Assembly: GCA_039208735.1 (NCBI GenBank)
Contig: JBCCQY010000082.1
Location: forward strand, 1-38,142
Direction of reading: 5' to 3'
Length of the DNA: 38,142 nt
Source of the DNA: Myxococcota bacterium
GTDB taxonomy: Bacteria; Myxococcota_A; UBA796; GCA-2862545
Below, in pieces: positions 36,709 through 38,142 of this stretch (within the stretch, counting starts at the first letter, position 1; each line of letters begins with the position of its first letter). The translations under genes and the position numbers were made by a program. Below the pieces are notes generated by a model. That model was not told the origin of the DNA. It saw only the letters and a list, made by a program, of their open reading frames with translations, and did not search any database.

Positions 36709-37514
36709 GTCAGCACCTGCTCGACCACCCACCCCTCGACGCTCACAAAGCCATCGGGGTCAACGATCTGCCTCAGTCGGGTCACATCGGCGATGGACAT
36801 TCGGATTTCCTGACGCGGTCGATTCGTTGTGGAGAGGCAAACCCCCCGAATGGCCAGCGCATCAACGAGGCTTCGCACCGACACCCCAACACCACTCGCA
36901 ACATTGACGATCTCAAGGTCGGAGCGTGCCAATGCGCCGTAGCAGCGCACCACATCGCGAATGTGGATGAAATCCCGGATCGCATGCCCTCCATTGACGA
37001 GGCCAAAGGTCTGCGCTTCCCGTGCCGCAGCGACGATCTTGGAAACCACCGAGAAGTGGTCATCGCCCCCATACAGGTTGAAGAGACGTGCGATGCTCGC
37101 GGACCATCCCTGCCGTTGGGCCACCTTCAGGACAAGGTCCTCATTGGCCACTTTGAGGCCAGCGTGCAGACCAGCGGCACGGGGGCGGTCCGCCTCGCGA
37201 CACTCCTTGCTGTCGCCGTAGACGGCCGCACTGCTGGTGTAGATGAGCTTTTCAACCCGCCGTTCCGCCAACCAGTCCAGGATCGACGCGGTCGCTCCAA
37301 TCGCGCGGGCGACGTACCCCTGCGGATCGGAGGTGTCGCCAAGCGCCACCGCGGGCTGAAAGTGGTTGAGCACCACCAACAGCGGTGTCTCGCGGGCAAG
37401 GTCAGGAAAGCGCCCTTCGACGACGTCTCGCACCGACCACGCGAGCGCCCCGGGCCAGGCCATGGCCAGTTGACGGCTGAGATTGCTGGCTCGACCGAAG
37501 ATCAATGGGGTCAT
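36705..37514 (-). CDS. NAD-dependent epimerase/dehydratase-like extended SDR with atypical motifs
   Basis: Motifs YTSSAAVYG, RLFNLYG, RDFIHIRD, NVASG; ATGA overlaps on both sides. Confidence 0.85.
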   Translation of the reverse strand: MTPLIFGRASNLSRQLAMAWPGALAWSVRDVVEGRFPDLARETPLLVVLNHFQPAVALGDTSDPQGYVARAIGATASILDWLAERRVEKLIYTSSAAVYGDSKECREADRPRAAGLHAGLKVANEDLVLKVAQRQGWSASIARLFNLYGGDDHFSVVSKIVAAAREAQTFGLVNGGHAIRDFIHIRDVVRCYGALARSDLEIVNVASGVGVSVRSLVDALAIRGVCLSTTNRPRQEIRMSIADVTRLRQIVDPDGFVSVEGWVVEQVLT

Positions 37515-38142
37515 GCAGCACGTGCCCGAAGGTCAGAGGTCCGGGTCCGCGCCACCTTCGGAGGCGGCATGGCGACCAAGACCAAGAAGACGGCAAAGAA
37601 GGGCACGAGCGGCATGCGGTAGCGCGACAGGGTGCCCAAGTTCGCGGCGGTCAGACCGACCGCTACGCCAAACACGACCACGAAGCTGACGCACATGGCC
37701 ACGATGGGGTAGCGGCTCAATAAATCACCGAGCGTCCCCAAACGCCGCGACCATACGGCCCGCGCCGTCAACCCAGCGAACGCCAAGGTCTCGATTCCGT
37801 TCACCACCATCTGAGGGTTGTAGGCCTCAAAAAGGAAGGGCCGGTACAACGCGGTCAGCAGGGCAAACGGCGCAAATGCGAACTGCCCGATGAGGCTTCG
37901 CTGGCTCGGATCGCCGATCACGTAGGTCGATCCGCCCTTCGGATTGTAGCTGGCCGCCTGCAGCCGCGCGGTCTCCTCTCCAAGTCGTTCAAGCGAGAAC
38001 CTTGGGAAGATCTCACCGATCAGCACGAACGCCGCGACCGCGCCTCCCGCACCAATGAGCAAGGGCACGGGCCGAACCTCGAGGCGTCCACGGCGGGCGG
38101 CTTGCTTCACGTACAGGTAAACGCCCGAGGCCCCCGTGAGCC
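37511..38142 (-). CDS. Multi-pass membrane protein of a polysaccharide locus, possibly a Wzy-type polymerase (5'-truncated)
   Basis: Frame is open to the window end; motifs GGS, LYRPFLFEA, NLGTLSRYR; co-oriented with the epimerase and GT4. Confidence 0.7.
   Translation of the reverse strand, partial: LTGASGVYLYVKQAARRGRLEVRPVPLLIGAGGAVAAFVLIGEIFPRFSLERLGEETARLQAASYNPKGGSTYVIGDPSQRSLIGQFAFAPFALLTALYRPFLFEAYNPQMVVNGIETLAFAGLTARAVWSRRLGTLGDLLSRYPIVAMCVSFVVVFGVAVGLTAANLGTLSRYRMPLVPFFAVFLVLVAMPPPKVARTRTSDLRARAA

Noticed and set aside
35548..36813. 421-aa plus-strand ORF
   Set aside because: Antisense shadow of the GT4 gene, with no motifs.

Overview
GC-rich, densely coding bacterial window with about 38 protein genes. 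It is most likely Myxococcota, inferred from TIGR02996-LRR, TIGR04552-like, MopE-like Cys/Asp repeat and Ser/Thr kinase/FHA genes. Recognisable housekeeping genes are purB, pdxH, rsgA, an MscS channel, an M16 peptidase and a broken murJ. The right end enters a polysaccharide locus. I see no rRNA, tRNA, CRISPR array or transposase. Most notable observations: (1) a single ORF behind a Fur box that fuses a sterol-desaturase-family membrane enzyme to a complete TonB-dependent receptor through an internal signal-peptide-like linker; (2) a ~170-nt rod-shaped candidate structured RNA with a three-way junction, directly upstream of a C-lobe-only pseudokinase; (3) a eukaryote-type protein arginine methyltransferase; (4) a TIGR04552-like protein carrying RelA/SpoT synthetase motifs; (5) a pseudo-receiver-kinase / FHA-wHTH / rsgA operon. 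All family calls come from motif recognition by eye, and no searches or folding programs were run.
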